Shown: positions 34,795 through 45,111 of the stretch, in pieces
Layout: each line of letters begins with the position of its first letter
How positions within the stretch are numbered: position 1 is the first letter of the stretch
Origin: an uncultured Acidobacteriota bacterium
Lineage (GTDB): Bacteria > Acidobacteriota > Vicinamibacteria > Vicinamibacterales > CAVVIG01
NCBI GenBank assembly: GCA_963729215.1
Contig: CAVSND010000011.1
Location: forward strand, 2,836 to 66,835
Direction: 5' to 3'
DNA length: 64,000 bases
Program-made: the position numbers and the translations under genes
Notes under the pieces: model-generated
Seen by the model: only the letters and a program-made list of their open reading frames with translations
Databases searched by the model: none
Told to the model about the DNA's origin: nothing

Positions 34795-34878
34795 GAAACG
34801 TAGAACTGTAAAACGGAAAACGCAAAACGTAGAACTTCCTGAGTCCTTCTTCGTTTTACGTTCTACGTTTTACGTTCC
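34795..34878. repeat. hairpin element of tandem AAAACGN heptamers (arms 'cgtaaaacggaaaacgcaaaacgtagaac' / 'cgttttacgttctacgttttacg')
   Basis: Shares the 19-mer AAAACGCAAAACGTAGAAC with the element at 19036-19110. Lies between the VWA gene stop and the AmpG promoter. Confidence 0.5.
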
Positions 34879-34905
34879 AGGCGTGTTGTTTGTGGAGACG
34901 CCTGG

Positions 34906-35917
34906 CTATGAGCCCGGCGGCTTCGCCGCGAGATAGCGCTTGCGGGCGCGCGCCATCAGCTCCGGCTGCGACAGACGCACCGTGAGGTCGTGCATCTTGC
35001 CGTCGAGTTTTTCCGGTGTGAAGCCGAGGGCGTACTGATGATGGAGCTCGTTGGCGACGCGCGCGAACGTGGTGGGGAGCTCCCTGGCAGACGTCAGTTC
35101 GAAGTAGCCGCCGCCTGTCGCGGCCGCGATCTTCGGCAGCCCCTCGTCCGGCTTCTCCATCTGCGGTCCGCCGCCGCCCGAACTGCCGCGCGCCGCGCCC
35201 GCCGAAGCCGCCGCCTCCGCTGCGTCCGAGCGGATCGGGGATGCCGCGAAGGGCGGCAGGCGCGCCGTTCTGGCCGGCCAGTCCGATGGCGTACACCATC
35301 ACGTTCTGTTCTTCGGCGCGCTTCATCACGTCCTTCAGCGACTTGTTGTGGTTGCTGAAATTCAGCGGCATGTCGACGCCGTCGGTGAACACCAGGACCA
35401 CCCGCCGGCCCTGCTCGACGAGGAGCTTGTCGATGCCGATGTCCACGGCATTCCAGAGCGGCGTCGGGCCGTCCTCCTGAAGGTCGCCCCTGAGGATCTT
35501 CAGGAGCGTGCCGTGGTCCGAGGTGAACTCGTCAGGGTCCACCTGAATCCGGGTCGCGAAACTGCCAATCCGCGCCTTGTCGGCCGGACCCATCGCCCCG
35601 ACGAACGCTTCCGCGGCCCGCTCCTCGAGATCGAAATTCGGCTTCATGCTGCCGCTGCGGTCCAGCAGCATGACCACGGTGATCGGCTGGACGTCGTTGG
35701 AGAAGAGGGTGAGTTCCTGGCGCTTCCCGTCATCGTCTATTTTGAAATCGTCGCGCGACAGGTCGGTTTCGAGCCGGCCTCGCGCGTTGGTGACGGTGGC
35801 GTACACCGCGACCGTGCGGGTGCCGGCCGTGAACGAGGGAGGCTGCGTCTGCGGCGCCGCGGACGGCGCGCCGAGGGACGCGAGAAACAGGACGACGAGC
35901 GCGGTTGGGCGTCTCAT
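34906..35917 (-). CDS. secreted von Willebrand factor A domain protein; at least 1-2 frameshifts (about 35160-35240)
   Basis: Signal peptide. 'VVMLLDRSGSM' MIDAS motif and 'VVLVFTDGVD'. The C-terminus 'KIAAATGGGYFELTSARELPTTFARVANELHHQYALGF' is in a different frame. Confidence 0.6.
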
Positions 35918-36034
35918 GCTGGTCCGCCGGGAACGGATCGCTTCATCTTAGCCGCCGGACCGGCCGGCGGATATGACAAATCCATGACGGTACATGCGCC
36001 GCGCGGGCGTGTCAGACGGGTCCCTTCAGTTCCT

Positions 36035-36952
36035 TTACGGCAGGTGTCCGTCCGCGCTCGTCTCGATCACCGCGCCTCTGACGGCCACCTCGACCCCGAC
36101 GGTCTTCGGATCCTTCGCCCCTTTGGGCGCCTCGTAGGTCAGCCGGTATTGGTATTGCTGCCTGGCCGCGCTGGCCGCGATCTGTCTGCCGATCTCGGGC
36201 AGCAGCGTGTCGAGCCGTGTCGCTGTGATGATGTTCTCGTAGCGGCCGCCGGTCATGCTCGCGACCTGGTTGCCGATGTTGGTCTGAAAGGCGCCGGTGA
36301 CCTCCGAACCGCTCTTCGACGACACCGACAGCAGCACATAGTGCACGGTCACGGCGCGGGCGATCAGCTCCTTCTGCAGCCGCTGGTACTCGTTCTCGAG
36401 CGGCGGGTTGCTGTTGCCGAAGGTGCTGATGACGGCCACAAAGACCGGAAAGGAGCCGGCCTTGTCTTTTGCGGCGCGGTCGGCGGCCTCCAGGAGCCCG
36501 TCGAAGAATTTTCCGGCGCCCGCGTCGGGCGTGATCAGGTTGACGCCCTTGTAGAGCGGCTCGCCGCCCTTGATCGGCCGCACCAGCCACCGCGGCTGCG
36601 GCGCCAGCGTGAGCAGCGACGTCTCGGTGTCCCCTGGCACTTCCCTGAACAGTCCGCGCAGGCCGTTGCGCATGTTCAACAGGTAGTCGGACGACTTCCC
36701 GCCGTTGTCCACCATGACGGTGAGCTTGATCGGCCATTCGATCGGCTCGGCCTTGAGCGTCCGGCATTTCACGCCGTCTTCGACGATGGTGAACGCGTCG
36801 GCGGAGAGGCCGGTGATGGGCGCACCGGTCAGGTCGGCCACCCTGACCCAGGCCTGCCGCGGCTGCTGCGCCCTGAGGCTGACGCCGGCAAGGCCGGGAC
36901 CGACAACCAGGACGACGCCGAGGACGACACCGGCGATTCGGGCACGGCGCAT
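36035..36952 (-). CDS. secreted VWA-like protein (paralogous architecture to 34906-35917)
   Basis: Real start at 'MRRARIAGVVLGVVLVVG' (signal peptide). The upstream 290 aa of the ORF-track product are antisense to the gene at 37070-37885. 'KLTVMVDNGGKSS...VFVAVISTFGNSN'. Confidence 0.5.
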   Translation of the reverse strand: MRRARIAGVVLGVVLVVGPGLAGVSLRAQQPRQAWVRVADLTGAPITGLSADAFTIVEDGVKCRTLKAEPIEWPIKLTVMVDNGGKSSDYLLNMRNGLRGLFREVPGDTETSLLTLAPQPRWLVRPIKGGEPLYKGVNLITPDAGAGKFFDGLLEAADRAAKDKAGSFPVFVAVISTFGNSNPPLENEYQRLQKELIARAVTVHYVLLSVSSKSGSEVTGAFQTNIGNQVASMTGGRYENIITATRLDTLLPEIGRQIAASAARQQYQYRLTYEAPKGAKDPKTVGVEVAVRGAVIETSADGHLP

Positions 36953-37069
36953 GCGCACCTCACGCGAAAGCGAAGACTGCGGATTGTACAGCCGATGTCG
37001 CGGCGCAACGGCCGGCGCCGCGGACGCCGGCTGACCCGGTCCATCGGTTTCGGGTTTACACTGCTCGGC

Positions 37070-37885
37070 ATGCGTTGCCATTTCCTGATCGGCGCGTTGA
37101 TTCTTGGAGCCTGCGTGTCCGCGCACGCCCAGTGGCTGAACCAGCCGATGGCCGGGGCTCCCCGCACGCCCGACGGCAAGGTGAACATGACGGGGCCGGT
37201 TCCCCGCGTCAACGGCAAGCCGGACCTCTCGGGACTCTGGCAGGTGGAGGCCGAGCCCCGCGGCCCGGGTCTCTTCGGATTGGGCGAGTCTCCCAACTCG
37301 AAATACTTCAGGGACATCCTTTCGGACTTCAAGCCCGGCGAGGAGCCCCTGACGGAAGCGGGCCGCGAACTCTTCAACAGGCACGTCCAGGCGGGCGCAT
37401 TCGCGAATCCCAGCCTGAACTGCCTGCCGGACGGCGTGCCCCACGCGGATCTGCTGCCGGAGCCGTTCAAGATCATTCAGACGCCCGGCGTCATCGTGAT
37501 GCTGTACGAAGTGGAGACGATTTTCCGCCAGGTGTTCACCGACGGACGGAAACAGCTCGTGGATCCGGCGCCCACGTGGCTCGGTTACTCCGTCGGGAAG
37601 TGGGACGGCGACACGCTGGTGGTCGACACGCGCGGATTCAACGACCGCAGCTGGCTGGATGCGCGGGGCCACGGCCACAGCGAGGAGATGCGCGTCGAGG
37701 AGCGCTTCCGCCGGCGCGATTTCGGCCACCTGGACCTCACCATCACGATCGAGGACCCGAAGATCTTCACCCGGCCGTTCACCTTCAGCGTCACCGAACG
37801 GCTGCTTCCGGACACGGACGTGTTCGAGCACATCTGCGCCGAGGCGGAAAAGGACGCCGCGCGAATCGCCAACGCGCCGAAGTGA
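37070..37885 (+). CDS. secreted hypothetical protein (paralog of 29727-30803)
   Basis: Signal peptide 'MRCHFLIGALILGACVSAHA' and the conserved block described above. Confidence 0.6.
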   Translation: MRCHFLIGALILGACVSAHAQWLNQPMAGAPRTPDGKVNMTGPVPRVNGKPDLSGLWQVEAEPRGPGLFGLGESPNSKYFRDILSDFKPGEEPLTEAGRELFNRHVQAGAFANPSLNCLPDGVPHADLLPEPFKIIQTPGVIVMLYEVETIFRQVFTDGRKQLVDPAPTWLGYSVGKWDGDTLVVDTRGFNDRSWLDARGHGHSEEMRVEERFRRRDFGHLDLTITIEDPKIFTRPFTFSVTERLLPDTDVFEHICAEAEKDAARIANAPK

Positions 37886-37937
37886 TCCGCGCGCGCGGTC
37901 AGCGGCGATCCCGGGCGTCGCGGGAGTTGTTGCGAGG

Positions 37938-38735
37938 TCAGGAGGCGGTTTTCAATCGTCCGGCCAGCAACCCCGTCGCCTCACTGAGATCGAGATCGGC
38001 GACGAGCAATCCCTCCTCGCCGTAAGGCTGGTAGGAGAGGAGCGTGCCGTCCGGCCTGGCGATCGCCGACGTGGTACCGGAGCCGGCGATGGCGTAGTTG
38101 ACGGTGGCGAAATAGCAGGTGTTTTCCGCCGCGCGGCACAGGGCCGCCTTCTCGTGAAAGGTGTTCGCGGGATCGCCGAAGGTCGTGGGCCGGAACGCGC
38201 CTGGCTCCGGTGGAGTGAAGTGCGGGTGAAACACGATCTGCGCCCCGCGGCGGGCGGCAAATCGAACGGTCTCCGGATACCGCCAGCCTTCGTGACAGAT
38301 CACGACGCCGAACGTCAGCGCCCCTGCTGTGAAGACCCGGCGATCCTTCCCCGGCGTATACGTCCCGTCCTCGCTGGGGTCGACCTGGACCTTGTCCTGA
38401 AAGCCCGCGATCGAGCCATCGTCGTTGACGACCATGACGGTCGCGGCGAGCGTGTCGTTGACGATCCGCTCCGTGCCGAGCACGACGGCGATCCGCGCTC
38501 GCGCGGCTGCCGCGCCCACACGGGACCACGCGCGCTCGAGAAAGACGGCGTCGGGCGGCGGCGGCGTCCAGCCGAGTCCGCGGTAGCCAGGGACGTAGCA
38601 CTCCGGGAAGCAGATGATCTTCGCCTGCCGCGCGCCGGCCTGCTCGATGGCCTGTTCGGCACGCGCGATCGATTCATCCGGTGTGGCGGCGTAGGGGATG
38701 TTCGCGAGCGCAATTCGAATCGAGCTCATACTCAA
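37938..38735 (-). CDS. carbon-nitrogen hydrolase (nitrilase superfamily)
   Basis: 'IICFPECYVPGY' (catalytic Glu), 'FQDKV' (Lys), 'GVVICHEGWRYPE' (Cys) triad. Confidence 0.8.
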   Translation of the reverse strand: MSMSSIRIALANIPYAATPDESIARAEQAIEQAGARQAKIICFPECYVPGYRGLGWTPPPPDAVFLERAWSRVGAAAARARIAVVLGTERIVNDTLAATVMVVNDDGSIAGFQDKVQVDPSEDGTYTPGKDRRVFTAGALTFGVVICHEGWRYPETVRFAARRGAQIVFHPHFTPPEPGAFRPTTFGDPANTFHEKAALCRAAENTCYFATVNYAIAGSGTTSAIARPDGTLLSYQPYGEEGLLVADLDLSEATGLLAGRLKTAS

Positions 38736-38831
38736 ACATAGCAGACGCGGTTGCCGCGCATAAAGCCGGTCGACTCACGTCAACCACGTGAGTCGACTGC
38801 GGTCAACAAAGACGGAAGGCGTCGAAGATGG

Positions 38832-39437
38832 CTACGGAAGCGGTGCGTTCGGCAGGAAGTTCTTCGAGGACAACACGGTCGCTCCAGCTTCGCCGTCTCC
38901 ATCGAAAGGCGTGACTGGTCCGCCTCCCGTTCCGAAACACACGTCATCGTCCTTTGGGTCGGCGAACCACACCACGACGTGGTTCAGATCCTTGCGAACC
39001 TTGGTGGTCCCATCAAATGCGAACGCCTCCTGGATCACGGTGTCCACGCGCACAGACCCTCTGCCTGCCGCATTCGTCGTGAACTCGGCGATATATTGGG
39101 ACGCGCCAAAAGGGATTTCGGCGAGTTCAGTCAGGAAGACGGTAAAGCTCGTATAGGGCGGCAGCCCCCTGGCCTTCAAATGCAGGGTATCCACTCCCCG
39201 GTCTTCCTCCGTCGGCAAAACGGTCACCGTGGCCGACGCGTTCGGGAAGCATGTCCCTGACGTCGCCACGAGGCTGAACTTGAAGGGTTCGGCATTCTCA
39301 GCGTGAGCAGCGAGCGGGAACAGCAATCCAGTGAGGATCACGAATATCGGCACCGTAAGCGTGTATCTCCTGGTGCGATTCGATGTCTCTCGTCCGATGT
39401 TCGTTGCGCCTGACAGAAGCCTCTCAAACCTGTTCAT
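38832..39437 (-). CDS. secreted hypothetical protein
   Basis: Clean 201-aa frame with TM/signal 'YTLTVPIFVILTGLLFPLAAHA'. No recognisable domain. Confidence 0.4.
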   Translation of the reverse strand: MNRFERLLSGATNIGRETSNRTRRYTLTVPIFVILTGLLFPLAAHAENAEPFKFSLVATSGTCFPNASATVTVLPTEEDRGVDTLHLKARGLPPYTSFTVFLTELAEIPFGASQYIAEFTTNAAGRGSVRVDTVIQEAFAFDGTTKVRKDLNHVVVWFADPKDDDVCFGTGGGPVTPFDGDGEAGATVLSSKNFLPNAPLP

Positions 39438-39863
39438 CGTGCCGTCCTTTCCTGACCATCTATGGCCTTCTCTCTACGAAACCTTCACGACCGTGCTGCG
39501 GGAATCGCAGGCACTCTGATTTCGTAGGACGGAGCCCCGCGATTTCTTTCAGGCGTTCGAGCGGGCAGGTTCCGACAGGGTCAGGTTTCGGGGATTGTGT
39601 TGCGGGCTCTCAGAACAGCCAGGCGCCGCGCGCCATGATTGCCGCGACGAACACGATCGCGATGACCGCCACGCGTTGTCGGCGGCGAGCAATCGTCTCC
39701 AGCCGGCGTCGTCCAGCGGCGATGCGAGCGCGCGGCCGCGTGCGACGATGCCGCCGAGTCCGAGCGCCAGCGTCAGCATGTGAATCGCAGAGAGAAGCGC
39801 GGCAGCGATCATGGGGGAAGTGTACGGCGGAATCCCTTTTGCTACTGAACCGCCCGAAACGAC

Positions 39864-40532
39864 GTGACAGGACGATTTCCGGCCGAAACGGTCCAGGGGC
39901 TGACCCGGTTCGTGTTCGCGCTGACGGTTTTGGTGTGTCTGCTGGGACACCCGACGGCAGCGTCGGCGCAGAACTTTGAAGTCACGCCGTTCATCGGATA
40001 TCGCTTCGGCGGGGACTTCTTCGAACTGCTGACCCGCCGGCCGCTGGACATCGATGGCGCGTCAACGGTCGGCGTCGCCGTCAACGTGCCGACCTCGGAA
40101 GACTTCCAGGTCGAGGCGCTGTACACGCACCAGCACGCCCACGCGCTCGTCCCGACCCTTGCCCCCGGCCCGCCGCCCAACTTCGAGTTCGACGTCGACC
40201 ACTATCAGGCAGGCGGCCTTCGGGATTACGACATCGGGCGGCCGGCGCTGCGGCCTTTCCTGACCGGCACGCTGGGCCTGACGCGCTACGCCACGCAGGG
40301 GCAGAACGAGCTGCGATTCACGCTCGGGGCCGGAGGCGGCATCAAGATGTTCCCCTCACGTCACGTCGGCCTGCGGCTGGACGGCCGTGCGTTCATGACC
40401 TTCGTTGACGCGAACGTGAGCCTCTTCGCGTGCTCGACGCTGGGCTTCAATCAGGGCTGCGTCATCGGGTTTCAGGCCAACATCGTCTGGCAGGCCGAGT
40501 TCACGGCGGGGCTGGTCATCAAGTTCGATTGA
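39864..40532 (+). CDS. outer-membrane beta-barrel protein (OmpA/OmpW-like barrel)
   Basis: Signal peptide, alternating hydrophobic beta-strand pattern, C-terminal 'AEFTAGLVIKFD' ending in aromatic-X-F/D. Confidence 0.6.
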   Translation: MTGRFPAETVQGLTRFVFALTVLVCLLGHPTAASAQNFEVTPFIGYRFGGDFFELLTRRPLDIDGASTVGVAVNVPTSEDFQVEALYTHQHAHALVPTLAPGPPPNFEFDVDHYQAGGLRDYDIGRPALRPFLTGTLGLTRYATQGQNELRFTLGAGGGIKMFPSRHVGLRLDGRAFMTFVDANVSLFACSTLGFNQGCVIGFQANIVWQAEFTAGLVIKFD

Positions 40533-40541
40533 CGCCGCGAG

Positions 40542-41159
40542 GTGATGCGGCCGGCTGTTGTACAGTCGGACGCGCAGCGCATGCGTGAGTACGATCTGAT
40601 CGCCGACTGGTACTTGACCGATCGCGGCCGGACCGTCGGGGTCGCCGAAGCGCTCGCGGTCGCCGCCACCCTTCCCGCCGGCTCGCGCATTCTGGATGTC
40701 GGCTGCGGCAACGGCGTGCCGATCACAGAGGCCCTCGTAAACGCCGGCTATCGCGTCGCCGGTCTCGACAGCTCCACCGGAATGCTTGCGCGCTTCCTGG
40801 TCAACCTGCCCGGCACGCCCGCCGTACGCGGCGACGCGCGTCGGTGTCCGTTCGCGGACGGTGTCTTCGACGCGGCGATTTCGTGGGGAATGATCTTCCA
40901 CCTCCCGCGAGGCGATCAGGCCATGGTGTTCGCGAGCGTGTCACGGGTGCTCAAACCCGGCGCGCCGTTTCTGTTCACCGCGGCCGAACGGGAAGGAGAC
41001 GACGCGGCCGGCATCACGGGCGAGATGAACGGCGTGACATTTCACTACTACGCCGTCCCCAGCTATCGGGCGCTGGCCGCCGAGCATGGCCTCGAGCTCG
41101 TCGGCGTTCACGACGATCCCGGTGTGAGCACGTACTATCTCACCCGCAAGCTGGCGTGA
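40542..41159 (+). CDS. class I SAM-dependent methyltransferase
   Basis: 'ILDVGCGNGVPI' motif I; 'LKPGAPFLF'. Confidence 0.75.
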   Translation: MMRPAVVQSDAQRMREYDLIADWYLTDRGRTVGVAEALAVAATLPAGSRILDVGCGNGVPITEALVNAGYRVAGLDSSTGMLARFLVNLPGTPAVRGDARRCPFADGVFDAAISWGMIFHLPRGDQAMVFASVSRVLKPGAPFLFTAAEREGDDAAGITGEMNGVTFHYYAVPSYRALAAEHGLELVGVHDDPGVSTYYLTRKLA

Positions 41160-41181
41160 AGCGGGCCCGCGGCGGGGCAGG

Positions 41182-41517
41182 TTAACCGAGAATCTCGTTC
41201 AGCCCGTCCAGGACGCGCGCCAGTTCTTCCTCGGAAGCACGCGCCACCCTGGCGCCGACCCGATCGACAGAGAGCGTCCGGATTTGACTAATCTTGATCC
41301 ATGAGCGCTTCCTCAGACCAAGGGCTCGACTCTCCAGCGTCAGAGGAAATCCAGCGCGGGGTTCCTGGCTCGTCAGCGCGACGGCGATCACCGTGCCTGA
41401 GCGTTCGTTGAACACATCATGGCTGAGGACCAGTACGGGACGCCGACCGGATTGCTCGTGGCCGCGAACCGGTTTCAACTCTGCCCAGCGAACCTCGCCT
41501 CTCAGTATTCTGGCCAT
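41182..41517 (-). CDS. MazF/PemK-family type II toxin (mRNA interferase)
   Basis: 'RGEVRWAELKPVRGHEQSGRRPVLVLSHDVFNERSGTVIAVALTS' PemK fold. Overlaps the upstream antitoxin by 16 nt. Confidence 0.8.
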   Translation of the reverse strand: MARILRGEVRWAELKPVRGHEQSGRRPVLVLSHDVFNERSGTVIAVALTSQEPRAGFPLTLESRALGLRKRSWIKISQIRTLSVDRVGARVARASEEELARVLDGLNEILG

Positions 41518-41744
41518 GACGCGAAGTCGTCAGCCAGACCTTCATCGGCGAGCCGTTTTTCCTCGCGCGGATTCAGGTTGGCGGATTCGCGGGCAAGCCG
41601 GGTCCGGGCGAGCCGTTGAAGCTTGTCAGCGAGCGCGGCTTCGATGGCCTGGCTTCGATTCCTGAACCGTTGACGGTCCACGAGTTCATCGAGGCGTTGC
41701 AGAAGGGCGCTGTCCAATGTCAGAGCGACTTTTGTCTTGGGCAT
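41502..41744 (-). CDS. ribbon-helix-helix (CopG/MazE-like) antitoxin
   Basis: 'KTKVALTLDSALLQRLDELVDRQRFRNRSQAIEAAL' RHH motif. Confidence 0.7.
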   Translation of the reverse strand: MPKTKVALTLDSALLQRLDELVDRQRFRNRSQAIEAALADKLQRLARTRLARESANLNPREEKRLADEGLADDFASWPEY

Positions 41745-41858
41745 CGTCGGTATGATGAATCATCATACCAAGGGCGTGCACTGCCCCGGCAGGCTCACTC
41801 GGCGTTATGTTGCCCCTGGGTGTCGCATCGCATCCGGCAACGAGAGTGACAGGCTGGC

Positions 41859-44800
41859 TTACTTGGTCGCCTCGGCCGGCTCCAGCGCCGCCGCCTGCTG
41901 ACGGCTCTTCAGCCACGCCTGCACCTGCGCCATGTAGGTGTAGAACACCGGCGTCAGATACAGCGTCACGAGCTGTGAAAACAGCAGCCCGCCGACCACG
42001 ACCAGGCCGAGCGGCTGCCTGGCCTCGCCGCCCGCGCCGTACCCGAGCGCGATCGGCACGGCGCCGAGCAGCGCCGCCATCGTCGTCATCATGATCGGCC
42101 GGAAGCGGATCAGGCAGCCCTGGTAGATGGCCTGCTCGGGCGTGCTGCCCTGGCGCTCGGCGTCGAGCGCGAAGTCGATCTGCATGATCGCGTTCTTCTC
42201 GACGATGCCGATCAGCATGATCATGCCGACGAAGGCGTAGATGTTGAGATCCATCCCGAACAGGACGAGCGTCAGCAGCGCGCCGAAGCCGGCCGAGGGC
42301 AGGCCGGAGAGAATCGTCAGCGGGTGGATGTAGCTCTCGTAGAGGATGCCCAGCACGATGTAGACGACCATGATGGCGATCACGAGGAGCACGGCGAGGT
42401 TCGACAGCGAGTTCTGGAACGCCTTGGCCGCGCCCTGGAACTGGCCGCTGACGCCTTCGGGGAGCGTGGCCGTGGCCACGGTGCGCACGCGGCTCAGCAC
42501 GTCGCCGAGCGACGCGCCGGGCGCGAGACCGAACGAGATGGTGACCGCCGGCAGCTGGCCGTAGTGGTTCACGGTCTGCGGGCCGATGACCTGCGTGGCG
42601 CGGGCCAGCGTGTCGAGCGGCACGACGATGCCGGCCGATCCGCTCGGGCCGTTGGCGCCCGTGCCGCCGTTGCCGGCAGCAGCGGCCGCATTGATGGCCG
42701 CCGCCGTCCCGGGGGCCGGCGTGGCCTTGAAGTAGAGGAGCGAGAGCGCCGCCGGGTCGGACTGGTACTGCTCGGCGAGCTCGAGCAGGACCTTGTACTC
42801 GTTGACCGGCGCGTAGATCGTGGACACCCAGCGCGGACCGTACGCGTCGTAGAACGCGTTCTCGATGGCGTTCGCCGTGATGCCGAGCGCCGCCGCCTTG
42901 TCGCGATCGATCTCGACGTTCACCTGCGGGCTCGTGACCTGGAGGTCGCTCGTCAGATCGGCGAGGCCTTCCACGTCCGCCAGCGCCTTCATCAGCGTGC
43001 GCGACGCCGCGTAGAGCGCCTCGCGGTCCGGCGACTGCATCGAGGACCTGATACAGGCTCTTGCTCACCTGGCCGCCGATGCGGATGGTCGGCGGGTTCT
43101 GCACGAACGTGTGCATGCCGACGACCGTCGCCAGCTGCGGCCGCAGCTTCTCGATGATCTGGTTGGCCAGCTCCTTCCGCTCGCTGCGCGGCTTGAGGTG
43201 GACGACGATCTGGCCGAGGTTGGGACCGCCAAGCGTGTTCGATGCGCTGCCGCCAATCGTCGAGACGAGCGCCTCGACGTTCGGATCGTTGCGGATGATG
43301 TTCGCCACCTCGCCCTGGTATTCGACGAGCTTGTCGTAGGACGTGCCCTGCGCGGCCTCCGTCGTCACCGCCAGCTGGTCCGTGTCCTGATCGGGAATGA
43401 ACCCCTTCGGGACGTAGACGAACAGCGCGCCCGTGAGGACCAGGAGGACGATGGACGCCGCCATCGTGGCGCCGCGATGCCTCAGCACGATCTGAAGTGT
43501 CCGGTCGTAGCTGGCCAGCAGGCTCGCGAACGCGCGTTCGGTCGCCACCGCGAACCGCGAACCGCCCTCGTGCCCGGGTGCCGCGTGTCCGCCTTTTTCA
43601 TCCGCGTTGTGCGCATGCTTGGGCTTCTTGAGGAAGCGGCTGCAGAGCATGGGCGTGAGCGTCACCGAGACGACGCCAGAAATCAGGATGGCGACGCAGA
43701 TCGTGACCGAGAACTCACGGAACAGCCGGCCGAGCACGCCGCCCATGAAGAGGACGGGGATGAACACGGCCGCCAGCGACAGCGTCATCGACACGATCGT
43801 GAACCCGATTTCGCGCGACCCGACGAGCGACGCGGTGAGCGGGTCTTCACCCATTTCGACGTGCCGGTAGATGTTCTCGAGCATCACGATCGCGTCGTCC
43901 ACGACGAAGCCGACCGAGAGAATGAGCGCCATCATCGACAGGTTGTCGAGGCTGTACCCGAGCATGTACATGACCGCGAACGTGCCGATGATCGAGAAGG
44001 GCAGCGCGAGGCTGGGAATGACGGTCGCCCACACGTTCCGCAGGAACACGAAGATGACCATGATCACGAGCGCGAGCGTGAGCGCCATGGTGATCTGCAC
44101 GTCCGATGACGATTCGCGGATCGTGTCCGACCGATCGTAGAGGACGTCCATGTGCACGCTGGTCGGCAGCTCCATCTGGAACTGGGGCAGCAGGGCCTTG
44201 ACGGCGTCGGCCACGGCGATGGTGTTGGTCCCGGGCTGCCGCTGGATGCCGAGCGTGATGCCGCGCCGTTCGTCGTCCCGCGTGTAGTACCACGACGCCG
44301 TCCGCTGATCCTCGACGCCGTCGATGACGGCGCCGAGCTCGCGCAGCCGCACCGGCGCGCCATTGCGGTACGAGACGATCATGTCCTTGTACTGCTCGGC
44401 GTTCATCAGCTGGCCGGTCGCCTGCAGCGTGAAGGACTTGTGCGGCCCGACCAGCGTGCCGCTGGGCACGTTGCTGTTCCAGTTCCGCAGCTGCGTCTCG
44501 ACTTCGTTGATGCCGATCTGGCGTGACGCCAGCGCGTGCGGGTCGAGCTGCACGTGCACGGCGTATTTCTGGCTGCCGAGCACCTGGACCTGCGCCACGC
44601 CGTTGACCATCGAGATGCGCTGCGCGATGCGCGTCTGCGCGTACTCGTCGAGCGTCCACGGCGGCAGCGTCGTCGAGGTGATGACGAGGTAGAGGACGGG
44701 CTGATCCGCCGGGTTGACCTTGGTGAAGGTCGGCGGCGTCGGCATGCCCTGCGGCAGCAGGCGCGAGGCCTGCGTGATCGCCGACTGCACGTCGATGGAG

Positions 44801-45111
44801 GCGCCGTCGAGGCTCCGGTTCAGGTCGAACTCGAGCGTGACGAGCGTCGAGCCGAGCGAGTTCACCGACGTCATCGACTCGAGGCCGGCGATCATCGAAA
44901 ACTGGTTCTCGAGCGGCGTCGCGACGGACGCGCCCATCGTCTCGGGGCTGGCGCCGGGCAGCTGCGCCGTGACGAGGAGCGTCGGGAAATCGACGTTGGG
45001 GAGGTCGCTGACCGGGAGCGATCGATACGCCACCAGGCCGAAAAGCGCGATCGCCGCCATGAGGAGGCTGGTGGCGATCGGCCGCTTGATAAATCCTTCG
45101 GAAATGTTCAT
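41859..45111 (-). CDS. RND efflux permease (AcrB/MdtB/MdtC-like), paralog 1; frameshift about 43045
   Basis: 'MNISEGFIKRPIATSLLMAAIALFG...' about 690 aa, then the C-terminal half in ORF 41859-43040 ('...FALDAERQGSTPEQAIYQGCLIRFRPIMMTTMAALLG'). Its ATG overlaps the paralog-2 stop (ATGA). Confidence 0.85.

Noticed and set aside
36953-37831. N-terminal 290 aa of the 598-aa ORF 36035-37831
   Set aside because: It is antisense to the conserved secreted-protein gene 37070-37885. The real VWA-like gene begins at the internal Met with a signal peptide (about 36952).
39549-39812. Possible 88-aa single-TM ORF ('MIAAALLSAIHMLTLALGLGGIVARG...')
   Set aside because: No conserved domain. It lies in a region with equally long ORFs on both strands, so evidence is insufficient to call it.
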